64,000 bases of DNA from Nemertoderma westbladi (Eukaryota > Animalia > Xenacoelomorpha). Location: assembly GCA_032718475.1 (NCBI GenBank), contig JAUCBJ010003088.1:1-64000 (forward strand), in the 5' to 3' direction. The first letter of the stretch is position 1. Each line of letters opens with the position of its first letter. This document shows positions 39,701-52,079 of the stretch, piece by piece. The notes beneath the pieces are model-generated. The model was not told the origin of the DNA, made no database searches, and saw only the letters and a list, made by a program, of their open reading frames with translations. Both the position numbers and the translations under genes were made by a program.

Positions 39701-42461
39701 TGGAGTCCATCATACAGCAGTTAGAACCAGTACTCCTATATGGAGTCCATCAATCAGAATCAGAAGTTAGAACCAGTACTCCTCAATCAGCAGTTAGAAC
39801 CAGTACTCCTTTATGGAGTCCATCAATCAGAAGTTAGAACCAGTACTCCTATATGGAGTCCATCAATCAGAAGTTAGAACCAGTACTCCTATATGGAGTC
39901 CATCAATCAGAAGTTAGAACCAGTACTCCTATATGGAGTCCATCATACAGCAGTTAGAACCAGTACTCCTATATGGAGTCCATCAATCAGAATCAGAAGT
40001 TAGAACCAGTACTCCTATATGGAGTCCATCATACAGCAGTTAGAACAAGTACTCCTATATGGAGTCCATCATACAGCAGTTAGAACCAGTACTCCTATAT
40101 GGAGTCCATCATACAGCAGTTAGAACCAGTACTCCTATATGGAGTCCCATCATACAGCAGTTAGAACCAGTACTCCTATATGGAGCATCAATCAGCAGAT
40201 AGAACCAGGAACCAGTACTCCTATATGGATTCCATCATACAGCAGTTAGAACCAGTACTCCTATATGGAGTCCATCAATCAGAAGTTAGAACCAGTACTC
40301 CTATATGGATTCCATCAATCAGCAGTTAGAACCAGTACTCCTATATGGAGTCCATCATACAGCAGTTAGAACCAGTACTCCTATATGGAGTCCATCATAC
40401 AGCAGTTAGAACCAGTACTCCTATATGGAGTCCATCATACAGCAGTTAGACCCAGTACTCCTATATGGAGTCCATCAATCATAAGTTAGAACCAGTACTC
40501 CTATATGGAGTCCATCATACAGCAGTTAGAACCAGTACTCCTATATGGAGTCCATCATACAGCAGTTAGAACCAGTACTCCTATATGGAGTCAATCATAC
40601 AGCAGTTAGACCCAGTACTCCTATATGGAGTCCATCAATCATAAGTTAGAACCAGTACTCCTATATGGAGTCCATCATACAGCTGTTAGAACCAGTACTC
40701 CTATATGGAGTCCATCATACAGCAGTTAGAACCAGTACTCCTATATGGAGTCCATCATACAGCAGTTAGAACCAGTACTCCTATATGGAGTCCATCATAC
40801 AGAAGTTAGAACTAGTACTCCTATATGGAGTCCATCATACAGCAGTTAGAACCAGTACTCCTATATGGAGTCTATCATACAGCAGTTAGAACCAGTACTC
40901 CTATATGGAGTCCATCAATCATAAGTTAGAACCAGTACTCCTATATGGAGTCCATCATACAGCAGTTAGAACCAGTACTCCTATATGGAGTCCATCATAC
41001 AGCTGTTAGAACCAGTACTCCTATATGGAGTCCATCATACAGCTGTTAGAACCAGTACTCCTATATGGAGTCCATCATACAGCAGTTAGAACCAGTACTC
41101 CTATATGGAGCATCAATCAGCAGATAGAACCAGGAACCAGTATTCCTATATGGATTCCATCATACAGCAGTTAGAATCAGTACTCCTATATGGAGTCCAT
41201 CATACAACTCCTATATGGAGTCCATCATACAGCAGTTAGAATCAGTACTCCTATATGGAGTCCATCATACAGCAGTTAGAACCAGTACTCCTATATGGAG
41301 TCCACCATGCAGCAGTTAGAACCAGTACTCCTATATGGAGTCCATCATACAGCAGTTAGAACCAGTACTCCTATATGGAGTCCATCATACAGCAGTTAGA
41401 ATCAGTACTCCTATATGGAGTTCATCAATCAGCAGTTAGAACCAGTACTCCTATATGGAGTCTATCAATCAGAAGTTAGAACCAGTACTCCTTTATGGAG
41501 TCCATCATACAGTAATTAGAACCAGTACTCCTCAATCAGCAGTTAGAACCAGTACTCCTTTATGGAGTCCATCAATCAGAAGTTAGAACCAGTACTCCTA
41601 TATGGAGTCCATCATACAGCAGTTAGAACCAGTACTCCTATATGGAGTCCATCATACAGCAGTTAGAATCAGTACTCCTATATGGAGTTCATCAATCAGC
41701 AGTTAGAACCAGTACTCCTATATGGAGTCTATCAATCAGAAGTTAGAACCAGTACTCCTTTATGGAGTCCATCATACAGTAATTAGAACCAGTACTCCTC
41801 AATCAGCAGTTAGAACCAGTACTCCTTTATGGAGTCCATCAATCAGAAGTTAGAACCAGTACTCCTATATGGAGTCCATCAATCAGAAGTTAGAACCAGT
41901 ACTCCTATATGGAGTCCATCAATCAGAAGTTAGAACCAGTACTCCTATATGGAGTCCATCATACAGCAGTTAGAACCAGTACTCCTATATGGAGTCCATC
42001 AATCAGAATCAGAAGTTAGAACCAGTACTCCTATATGGAGTCCATCATACAGCAGTTAGAACAAGTACTCCTATATGGAGTCCATCATACAGCAGTTAGA
42101 ACCAGTACTCCTATATGGAATCCATCATACAGCAGTTAGAACCAGTACTCCTATATGGAGTCCCATCATACAGCAGTTAGAACCAGTACTCCTATATGGA
42201 GCATCAATCAGCAGATAGAACCAGGAACCAGTACTCCTATATGGATTCCATCATACAGCAGTTAGAACCAGTACTCCTATATGGAGTCCATCAATCAGAA
42301 GTTAGAACCAGTACTCCTATATGGATTCCATCAATCAGCAGTTAGAACCAGTACTCCTATATGGAGTCCATCATACAGCAGTTAGAACCAGTACTCCTAT
42401 ATGGAGTCCATCATACAGCAGTTAGAACCAGTACTCCTATATGGAGTCCATCATACAGCAG
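9774..42461 (+). repeat. 40-bp satellite array, left arm, with higher-order repeat structure
   Basis: Head-to-tail copies of CAGCAGTTAGAACCAGTACTCCTATATGGAGTCCATCATA, all in one orientation, roughly 800 monomers. Recurrent variants include AATCAGAAG, AATCATAAG, GAATCAG, GAACTAG, GACCCAG, GAACAAG, GTAATTAG and shortened 27-bp units. Confidence 0.99.
42383..42461 (+). repeat. Inferred left copy of ~79-bp target-site duplication of the RTE insertion
   Basis: Identical to 44301-44379. Inferred from a 79-bp excess between two higher-order-repeat markers flanking the insertion. Confidence 0.6.
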
Positions 42462-44261
42462 AATCAGATGGGCGGAAAAGCCAACCAACCACCAAGGTTA
42501 AGGCTGAATCACCAGCCGATCGCCTTAATGGTTGGAAAGCCCACTTTGAAAAGCTCCTTAATAATGGCAGGGTATTGCCTGATAACTTTATAGAAGTAAA
42601 AGTGTCTGAGTCTGTACTCCCAGATATTCCCATTGAATAATGGCAGGGTATTGCCTGATAACTTTATAGAAGTAAAAGTGTCTGAGTCTGTACTCCCAGA
42701 TATTCCCATTGGCGATATCTCCTTTGCAGAAGTGAAGGCTGCTGCAAAGAGCATTAAGACCAATCGTGCCAGTGGAGTAGATGGTGTTCCCCCTGAGGTC
42801 TTTAAAATACCTGAGTGTTTAAAGCTCATCTATCCCATCATAGTAGACATGTACCGTACAACAAGAGTCCCACAAGAAATGAAAACAAATAAGTTGGTGC
42901 CAGTTCCCAAGAAGGGCAACCTAACACTCTATGGTTCTTTTCGGGGAATCTCATTGATCTCGATTGCTGCAAAACTATAAAATAGAATTCTATTAAATCG
43001 CATCAGGGATCCCATTGAGAGACTGCTACGTGGAAATCAGAATGGGTTCCGTAAAGGTCGTGGGACCATGGAGCCCATTTTGGCACTTAGAAGGATAATT
43101 GAAGAGTTATCAAAAAAGAAAGACAGGCATCTGGCTGTTATCTTTGTTGACTTCTTCAAGGCCTTTGATTCAGTCTCTCGCTCACGTATGTTCAGCATAC
43201 TTTCATTATATGGGATTCCTGATGAAATTATTGCAGCAATCAGATCAGTATACGATGGTTCGACAACATTTGTGTCTACTGTTGACGGTGACACAGAACC
43301 ATTTGAAGTGTTATGGGGCGTCCTCCAAGGAGACACACTTGCACCATTCTTCTTCATTATTGTGGTTGACTATGTTCTACGCATGTCCTTAGATCATCAT
43401 AATGATGATGGGGTGATGATAACTCCACCTACTGGCTCCAGAAGTCGAGGAAATCCTGCCAAGTACCTAACTGATCTAGACTTTGCTGATGACTTAGGAG
43501 TACTCTCAGAATCATTAGAGGGAGCCCAGCGGCTCCTCAGCTCATTAGAACATGCTGCTTCTAGTGTTGGTCTTTTTATTAACTCCAGAAAGACCAAAAT
43601 TCTGACAGTTAACTTTGAAAGTCCTCAGCAAGTCTCTGATCGGATGAGCATAAGCTCAAAGGATGGTATGCTTGAGCATGTGGATGACTTCTGTTACCTG
43701 GGATCATGGATCCGGAAGTCAGGTGAGGACCTTCGAATACGTAAGGGAAAGGCATGGGCAGCCTTGAATAGGCTTTCCAGGATTTGGAAGTCACCTAGAA
43801 TTAATCGGAAACTTAAAGTCCGATTATTTAGAGCAGCAGTAGTTCCAGTACTCCTCTATGGGAGTCCATGCTGGGCTCTAACTGCTGAGGACACCAAATC
43901 TCTGGATGGCACATTCACAAGAATGCTACGCCGGGTACATTGTGTCAAGTACAATGCACACATCTCCAACCAGACACTATATAACATTGGAGGTGTCTCA
44001 TTGGTTCCCCCAAGCTTGACACTAGAACAAAATCGCCTCCGCTTTGCAGGACATTGCTTTCGCCGTGAGGACCAGCCAGTGCATAATCTTGTACTTTGGC
44101 AGCCTCATGGAGTGAATAAGCATGGTGGACAGCCCATGACTTTCTTGAGACGCATCTTAAAGGACACTGGCCTTAAAGATGCGGATGATCTAGCAAATGT
44201 CATGGGTGATAGGGAGTTGTGGCGGTGCAATTTTGTTGACAAGCCGGCACAGCATTCTTAA
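42462..44261 (+). pseudogene. RTE-type reverse transcriptase ORF, disrupted
   Basis: Motifs WKAHFEKLL, RASGVDGVPPEVFK, VPVPKKGNL, FRGISLISIAAKL*NRILLNR, QNGFRKGR, FVDFFKAFDSV, GVLQGDTLAPFFF, LDFADD, FCYLGS, VLLYGS and RLRFAGHC. Disrupted by a 76-bp tandem duplication (frameshift) and an in-frame TAA at 42978-42980, where Tyr is expected (K-x-Y-N-R). Confidence 0.93.
42560..42711 (+). repeat. Perfect 76-bp tandem duplication inside the RTE ORF
   Basis: 42560-42635 equals 42636-42711 (AATAATGGCAGGG...GATATTCCCATTG). 76 is not a multiple of 3, so the frame shifts. Confidence 0.97.
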
Positions 44262-44291
44262 AAATGCAGCTGCAATGCAGCATGCCGATCC

Positions 44292-44303
44292 TAGTAGTAG
44301 TAG
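44292..44303 (+). repeat. (TAG)n 3' tail of the RTE element
   Basis: TAGTAGTAGTAG starts 30 nt after the ORF stop. The last TAG is shared with the satellite TAGAACC. Confidence 0.85.
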
Positions 44304-44379
44304 AACCAGTACTCCTATATGGAGTCCATCATACAGCAGTTAGAACCAGTACTCCTATATGGAGTCCATCATACAGCAG
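44301..44379 (+). repeat. Inferred right copy of ~79-bp target-site duplication
   Basis: Identical to 42383-42461 and followed by the T-TAGACCC variant expected after the left junction. Confidence 0.6.
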
Positions 44380-47300
44380 TTAGACCCAGTACTCCTATAT
44401 GGAGTCCATCAATCATAAGTTAGAACCAGTACTCCTATATGGAGTCCATCATACAGCAGTTAGAACCAGTACTCCTATATGGAGTCCATCATACAGCAGT
44501 TAGAACCAGTACTCCTATATGGAGTCCATCATACAGCAGTTAGAACCAGTACTCCTATATGGAGTCCATCAATCATAAGTTAGAACCAGTACTCCTATAT
44601 GGAGTCTATCATACAGCAGTTAGAACCAGTACTTCTATATGGAGTCCCATCATACAGCAGTTAGAACCAGTACTCCTATATGGAGCATCAATCAGCAGAT
44701 AGAACCAGGAACCAGTACTCCTATATGGATTCCATCATACAGCAGTTAGAACCAGTACTCCTATATGGAGTCCATCAATCAGAAGTTAGAACCAGTACTC
44801 CTATATGGATTCCATCAATCAGCAGTTAGAACCAGTACTCCTATATGGAGTCCATCATACAGCAGTTAGAACCAGTACTCCTATATGGAGTCCATCATAC
44901 AGCAGTTAGAACCAGTACTCCTATATGGAGTCAATCATACAGCAGTTAGACCCAGTACTCCTATATGGAGTCCATCAATCATAAGTTAGAACCAGTACTC
45001 CTATATGGAGTCCATCATACAGCAGTTAGAACCAGTACTCCTATATGGAGTCCATCATACAGCAGTTAGAACCAGTACTCCTATATGGAGTCCATCATAC
45101 AGCAGTTAGAACCAGTACTCCTATATGGAGTCCATCATACAGCAGTTAGAATCAGTACTCCTATATGGAGTCCATCATACAGCAGTTAGAACCAGTACTC
45201 CTATATGGAGTCCATCATACAGCAGTTAGAACCAGTACTCCTATATGGAGTCCATCATACAGCAGTTAGAACCAGTACTCTTATATGGAGTCAATCATAC
45301 AGCCTATATGGAGTCCATCAATCAGAAGTTAGAACCAGTACTCCTATATGGAGTCCATCAATCAGAATCAGAAGTTAGAACCAGTACTCCTATATGGAGT
45401 CCATCATACAGCAGTTAGAACCAGTACTCCTATATGGAGTCCATCAATCATAAGTTAGAACCAGTACTCCTATATGGAGTCCATCATACAGCAGTTAGAA
45501 CCAGTACTCCTATATGGAGTCCATCATACAGAAGTTAGAACCAGTACTCCTATATGGAGTCCATCATACAAAAGTTAGAACCAGTACTCCTATATGGAGT
45601 CCATCAATCAGAAGTTAGAACCAGTACTCCTATATGGAGTCCATCAATCAGAAGTTAGAACCAGTACTCCTATATGGAGTCCATCATACAGCAGTTAGAA
45701 TCAGTACTCCTATATGAAGTCCATCATACAAAAGTTAGAACCAGTACTCCTATATGGAGACCATCATACAGCAGTTAGAACCAGTACTCCTATATGGAGT
45801 CCATCAATCAGAAGTTAGAACCAGTACTCCTTTATGGAGTCCTTCAATCATAAGTTAGAACCAGTACTCCTATATGGAGTCCATCATACAGCAGTTAGAA
45901 CCAGTACTCCTTCCTATATGGATTCCATCATACAGCAGTTAGAACCAGTACTCCTATATGGAGTCCATCAATCAGAAGTTAGAACCAGTACTCCTTTATG
46001 GAGTCCTTCAATCAGAAGTTAGAACCAGTACTCCTATATGGATTCCATCAATCAGAAGTTAGAACCAGTACTCCTATATGGAGTCCATCAATCAGAAGTT
46101 AGAACTAGTACTCCTTTATGGAGTCCATCAATCAGAAGTTAGAACCAGTACTCCTATATGGAGTCCATCATACAGCAGTTAGAATCAGTACTCCTATATG
46201 GAGTCCATCATACAAAAGTTAGAACCATACAGCAGTTAGAACCAGTACTCCTATATGGAGTCCATCATACAGCAGTTAGAACCAGTACTCCTATATGGAG
46301 CATCAATCAGCAGATAGAACCAGGAACCAGTACTCCCATATGGATTCCATCATACAGCAGTTAGAACCAGTACTCCTATATGGAGTCCATCATACAGCAG
46401 TTAGAACCAGTACTCCTATATGGAGTCCATCATACAGCAGTTAGAACCAGTACTCCTATATGGAGTCCATCAATCAGAAGTTAGAACCAGTACTCCTATA
46501 TGGAGTCCATCAATCAGAAGTTAGAACCAGTACTCCTATATGGAGTCCATCATACAGCAGTTAGAATCAGTACTCCTATATGGAGTCCATCATACAAAAG
46601 TTAGAACCAGTACTCCTATATGGAGTCCATCATACAGCAGTTAGAACTCCTATATGGAGTCCATCATACAGCAGTTAGAATCAGTACTCCTATATGGAGT
46701 CCATCATACAGCAGTTAGAACCAGTACTCCTATATGGAGTCCATCATGCAGCAGTTAGAACCAGTACTCCTATATGGAGTTCATCAATCAGCAGTTAGAA
46801 CCAGTACTCCTATATGGAGCATCAATCAGAAGTTAGAACCAGTACTCCTATATGGAGTCCATCAATCAGAAGTTAGAACCAGTACTCCTATATGGAGTCC
46901 ATCAATCAGAAGTTAGAACCAGTACTCCTATATGGAGTCCATCATACAGCAGTTAGAATCAGTACTCCTATATGGAGTCCATCATACAAAAGTTAGAACC
47001 AGTACTCCTATATGGAGTCCATCATACAGCAGTTAGAACTCCTATATGGAGTCCATCATACAGCAGTTAGAATCAGTACTCCTATATGGAGTCCATCATA
47101 CAGCAGTTAGAACCAGTACTCCTATATGGAGTCCATCAATCAGAAGTTAGAACCAGTACTCCTTTATGGAGTCCTTCAATCATAAGTTAGAACCAGTACT
47201 CCTATATGGAGTCCATCATACAGCAGTTAGAACCAGTACTCCTTCCTATATGGATTCCATCATACAGCAGTTAGAACCAGTACTCCTATATGGAGTCCAT

Positions 47301-50300
47301 CAATCAGAAGTTAGAACCAGTACTCCTTTATGGAGTCCTTCAATCAGAAGTTAGAACCAGTACTCCTATATGGATTCCATCAATCAGAAGTTAGAACCAG
47401 TACTCCTATATGGAGTCCATCAATCAGAAGTTAGAACTAGTACTCCTTTATGGAGTCCATCAATCAGAAGTTAGAACCAGTACTCCTATATGGAGTCCAT
47501 CATACAGCAGTTAGAATCAGTACTCCTATATGGAGTCCATCATACAAAAGTTAGAACCATACAGCAGTTAGAACCAGTACTCCTATATGGAGTCCATCAT
47601 ACAGCAGTTAGAACCAGTACTCCTATATGGAGCATCAATCAGCAGATAGAACCAGGAACCAGTACTCCCATATGGATTCCATCATACAGCAGTTAGAACC
47701 AGTACTCCTATATGGAGTCCATCATACAGCAGTTAGAACCAGTACTCCTATATGGAGTCCATCATACAGCAGTTAGAACCAGTACTCCTATATGGAGTCC
47801 ATCAATCAGAAGTTAGAACCAGTACTCCTATATGGAGTCCATCAATCAGAAGTTAGAACCAGTACTCCTATATGGAGTCCATCATACAGCAGTTAGAATC
47901 AGTACTCCTATATGGAGTCCATCATACAAAAGTTAGAACCAGTACTCCTATATGGAGTCCATCATACAGCAGTTAGAACTCCTATATGGAGTCCATCATA
48001 CAGCAGTTAGAATCAGTACTCCTATATGGAGTCCATCATACAGCAGTTAGAACCAGTACTCCTATATGGAGTCCATCATGCAGCAGTTAGAACCAGTACT
48101 CCTATATGGAGTTCATCAATCAGCAGTTAGAACCAGTACTCCTATATGGAGCATCAATCAGAAGTTAGAACCAGTACTCCTATATGGAGTCAGTCCATCA
48201 ATCATAAGTTAGAACCAGTACTCCTATATGGAGTCCATCATACAGCAGTTAGAACCAGTACTCCTTCCTATATGGAGTCCATCATTCAGCTGTTAGAACC
48301 AGTACTTCTATATGGAGACCATCATACAGCAGTTAGAACCAGTACTCCTATATGGAGCATCAATCAGAAGTTAGAACCAGTACTCCAGTAGCAGTTAGAA
48401 CCAGTACTCCTATATGGAGTCTATCAATCAGAAGTTAGAACCAGTACTCCTTTATGGAGTCCATCATACAGCAGTTAGAACCAGTACTCCTATATGGAGC
48501 ATCAATCAGCAGATAGAACCAGGAACCAGTACTCCTATATGGATTCCATCATACAGCAGTTAGAACCAGTACTCCTATATGGAGTCCATCATACAGCAGT
48601 TAGAACCAGTACTCCTATATGGAGTCCATCATACAGCAGTTAGAACCAGTACTCCTATATGGAGTCCATCAATCAGAAGTTAGAACCAGTACTCCTATAT
48701 GGAGTCCATCATACAGCAGTTAGAATCAGTACTCCTATATGAAGTCCATCATACAAAAGTTAGAACCAGTACTCCTATATGGAGACCATCATACAGCAGT
48801 TAGAACCAGTACTCCTATATGGAGTCCATCAATCAGAAGTTAGAACCAGTACTCCTTTATGGAGTCCTTCAATCATAAGTTAGAACCAGTACTCCTATAT
48901 GGAGTCCATCATGCAGCAGTTAGAACCAGTACTCCTTCCTATATGGATTCCATCATACAGCAGTTAGAACCAGTACTCCTATATGGAGTCCATCATACAG
49001 CAGTTAGAACCAGTACTCTTATATGGATACCATCATACAGCAGTTAGAACCAGTACTCCTATATGGAGCATCAATCAGAAGTTAGAACCAGTACTCCTTT
49101 ATGGAGTCAGTCCATCAATCATAAGTTAGAACCAGTACTCCTATATGGAGTCCATCATACAGCAGTTAGAACCAGTACTCCTTCCTATATGGATTCCATC
49201 ATACAGCAGTTAGAACCAGTACTCCTATATGGAGTCCATCATACAGCTGTTAGAACCAGTACTCCTATATGGAGTCCATCAATCAGAAGTTAGAACCAGT
49301 ACTCCTATATGGAGTCAGTCCATCAATCATAAGTTAGAATCAGTACTCCTATATGGAGTCCATCATACAGCAGTTAGAACCAGTACTCCTTCCTATATGG
49401 AGTCCATCATACAGCAGATAGAACCAGTACTCCTATATGGAGTCCATCATACAGCAGTCAGAACCAGTACTTCTATATGGAGACCATCATACAGCAGTTA
49501 GAACCAGTACTCCTATATAGGACCAGTACTCCTATATGGAGTCCATCAATCAGAAGTTAGAACCAGTACTCCTTTATGGAGTCCTTCAATCAGAAGTTAG
49601 AACCAGTACTCCTATATGGATTCCATCAATCAGAAGTTAGAACCAGTACTCCTATATGGAGTCCATCAATCAGAAGTTAGAACTAGTACTCCTTTATGGA
49701 GTCCATCAATCAGAAGTTAGAACCAGTACTCCTATATGGAGTCCATCATACAGCAGTTAGAATCAGTACTCCTATATGGAGTCCATCATACAAAAGTTAG
49801 AACCATACAGCAGTTAGAACCAGTACTCCTATATGGAGTCCATCATACAGCAGTTAGAACCAGTACTCCTATATGGAGCATCAATCAGCATATAGAACCA
49901 GGAACCAGTACTCCCATATGGATTCCATCATACAGCAGTTAGAACCAGTACTCCTATATGGAGTCCATCATACAGCAGTTAGAACCAGTACTCCTATATG
50001 GAGTCCATCATACAGCAGTTAGAACCAGTACTCCTATATGGAGTCCATCAATCAGAAGTTAGAACCAGTACTCCTATATGGAGTCCATCAATCAGAAGTT
50101 AGAACCAGTACTCCTATATGGAGTCCATCATACAGCAGTTAGAATCAGTACTCCTATATGGAGTCCATCATACAAAAGTTAGAACCAGTACTCCTATATG
50201 GAGTCCATCATACAGCAGTTAGAACTCCTATATGGAGTCCATCATACAGCAGTTAGAATCAGTACTCCTATATGGAGTCCATCATACAGCAGTTAGAACC

Positions 50301-52079
50301 AGTACTCCTATATGGAGTCCATCATGCAGCAGTTAGAACCAGTACTCCTATATGGAGTCCATCATACAGCAGTTAGAACCAGTACTCCTATATGGAGTCC
50401 ATCATACAGCAGTTAGAATCAGTACTCATATATGGAGTTCATCAATCAGCAGTTAGAACCAGTACTCCTATATGGAGTCTATCAATCAGAAGTTAGAACC
50501 AGTACTCCTTTATGGAGTCCATCATACAGTAATTAGAACCAGTACTCCTCAATCAGCAGTTAGAACCAGTACTCCTTTATGGAGTCCATCAATCAGAAGT
50601 TAGAACCAGTACTCCTATATGGAGTCCATCATACAGCAGTTAGAACCAGTACTCCTATATGGAGTCCATCATACAGCAGTTAGAATCAGTACTCCTATAT
50701 GGAGTTCATCAATCAGCAGTTAGAACCAGTACTCCTATATGGAGTCTATCAATCAGAAGTTGGAACCAGAACTCCTTTATGGAGTCCATCATACAGTAAT
50801 TAGAACCAGTACTCCTCAATCAGCAGTTAGAACCAGTACTCCTTTATGGAGTCCATCAATCAGAAGTTAGAACCAGTACTCCTATATGGAGTCCATCAAT
50901 CAGAAGTTAGAACCAGTACTCCTATATGGAGTCCATCAATCAGAATCAGAAGTTAGAACCAGTACTCCTATATGGAGTCCATCATACAGCAGTTAGAACA
51001 AGTACTCCTATATGGAGTCCATCATACAGCAGTTAGAACCAGTACTCCTATATGGAGTCCATCATACAGCAGTTAGAACCAGTACTCCTATATGGAGTCC
51101 ATCATACAGCAGTTAGAACCAGTACTCCTATATGGAGCATCAATCTGCAGATAGAACCAGGAACCAGTACTCCTATATGGATTCCATCATACAGCAGTTA
51201 GAACCAGTACTCCTATATGGAGTCCATCAATCAGAAGTTAGAACCAGTACTCCTATATGGATTCCATCAATCAGCAGTTAGAACCAGTACTCATATATGG
51301 AGTCCATCATACAGCAGTTAGAACCAGTACTCCTATATGGAGTCCATCATACAGCAGTTAGAACCAGTACTCCTATATGGAGTCCATCATACAGCAGTTA
51401 GACCCAGTACTCCTATATGGAGTCCATCAATCATAAGTTAGAACCAGTACTCCTATATGGAGTCCATCATACAGCAGTTAGAACCAGTACTCCTATATGG
51501 AGTCCATCATACAGCAGTTAGAACCAGTACTCTTATATGGAGTCCATCATACAGCAGTTAGAACCAGTACTCCTATATGGAGTCCATCATACAGCAGTTA
51601 GAACCAGTACTCCTATATGGAGTCCATCATACAGCAGTTAGAACCAGTACTCCTATACGGAGTCCATCATACAGCAGTTAGAATCAGTACTCCTATATGG
51701 AGTCCATCATACAGCAGTTAGAACCAGTACTCCTATATGGAGTCCCTCATACAGCAGTTAGAACCAGTACTCCCATATGGAGTCCATCATACAGCAGTTA
51801 GAACCAGTACTCCTATATGGAGTCCATCATACAGCCTATATGGAGTCCATCAATCAGAAGTTAGAACCAGTACTCCTATATGGAGTCCATCAATCAGAAT
51901 CAGAAGTTAGAACCAGTACTCCTATATGGAGTCCATCATACTGCAGTTAGAACCAGTACTCCTATATGGAGTCCATCAATCATAAGTTAGAACCAGTACT
52001 CCTATATGGAGTCCATCATACAGCAGTTAGAACCAGTACTCCTATATGGAGTCCTTCATACAGAAGATAGAACCAGTAC

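Larger units (their letters stand above)
42462..44300 (+). mobile_element. 5'-truncated RTE-clade non-LTR retrotransposon (LINE) inserted in the satellite
   Basis: 1839 bp of non-satellite sequence encoding the pre-RT region, RT and C-terminal region. No endonuclease domain is present (5' truncation). It has a very short 3' UTR and a (TAG)n tail, typical of RTE-clade elements. Confidence 0.92.

Noticed and set aside
42401-42640. Satellite-LINE fusion ORF supplying an ATG to the truncated RT
   Set aside because: An in-frame ATG is expected by chance from a 40-bp repeat, and the frame is ended by the 76-bp duplication and the downstream TAA.
42451-43794. Antisense and alternative-frame ORFs in the LINE
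   Set aside because: Shadow ORFs of the RT frame with no recognisable domains.
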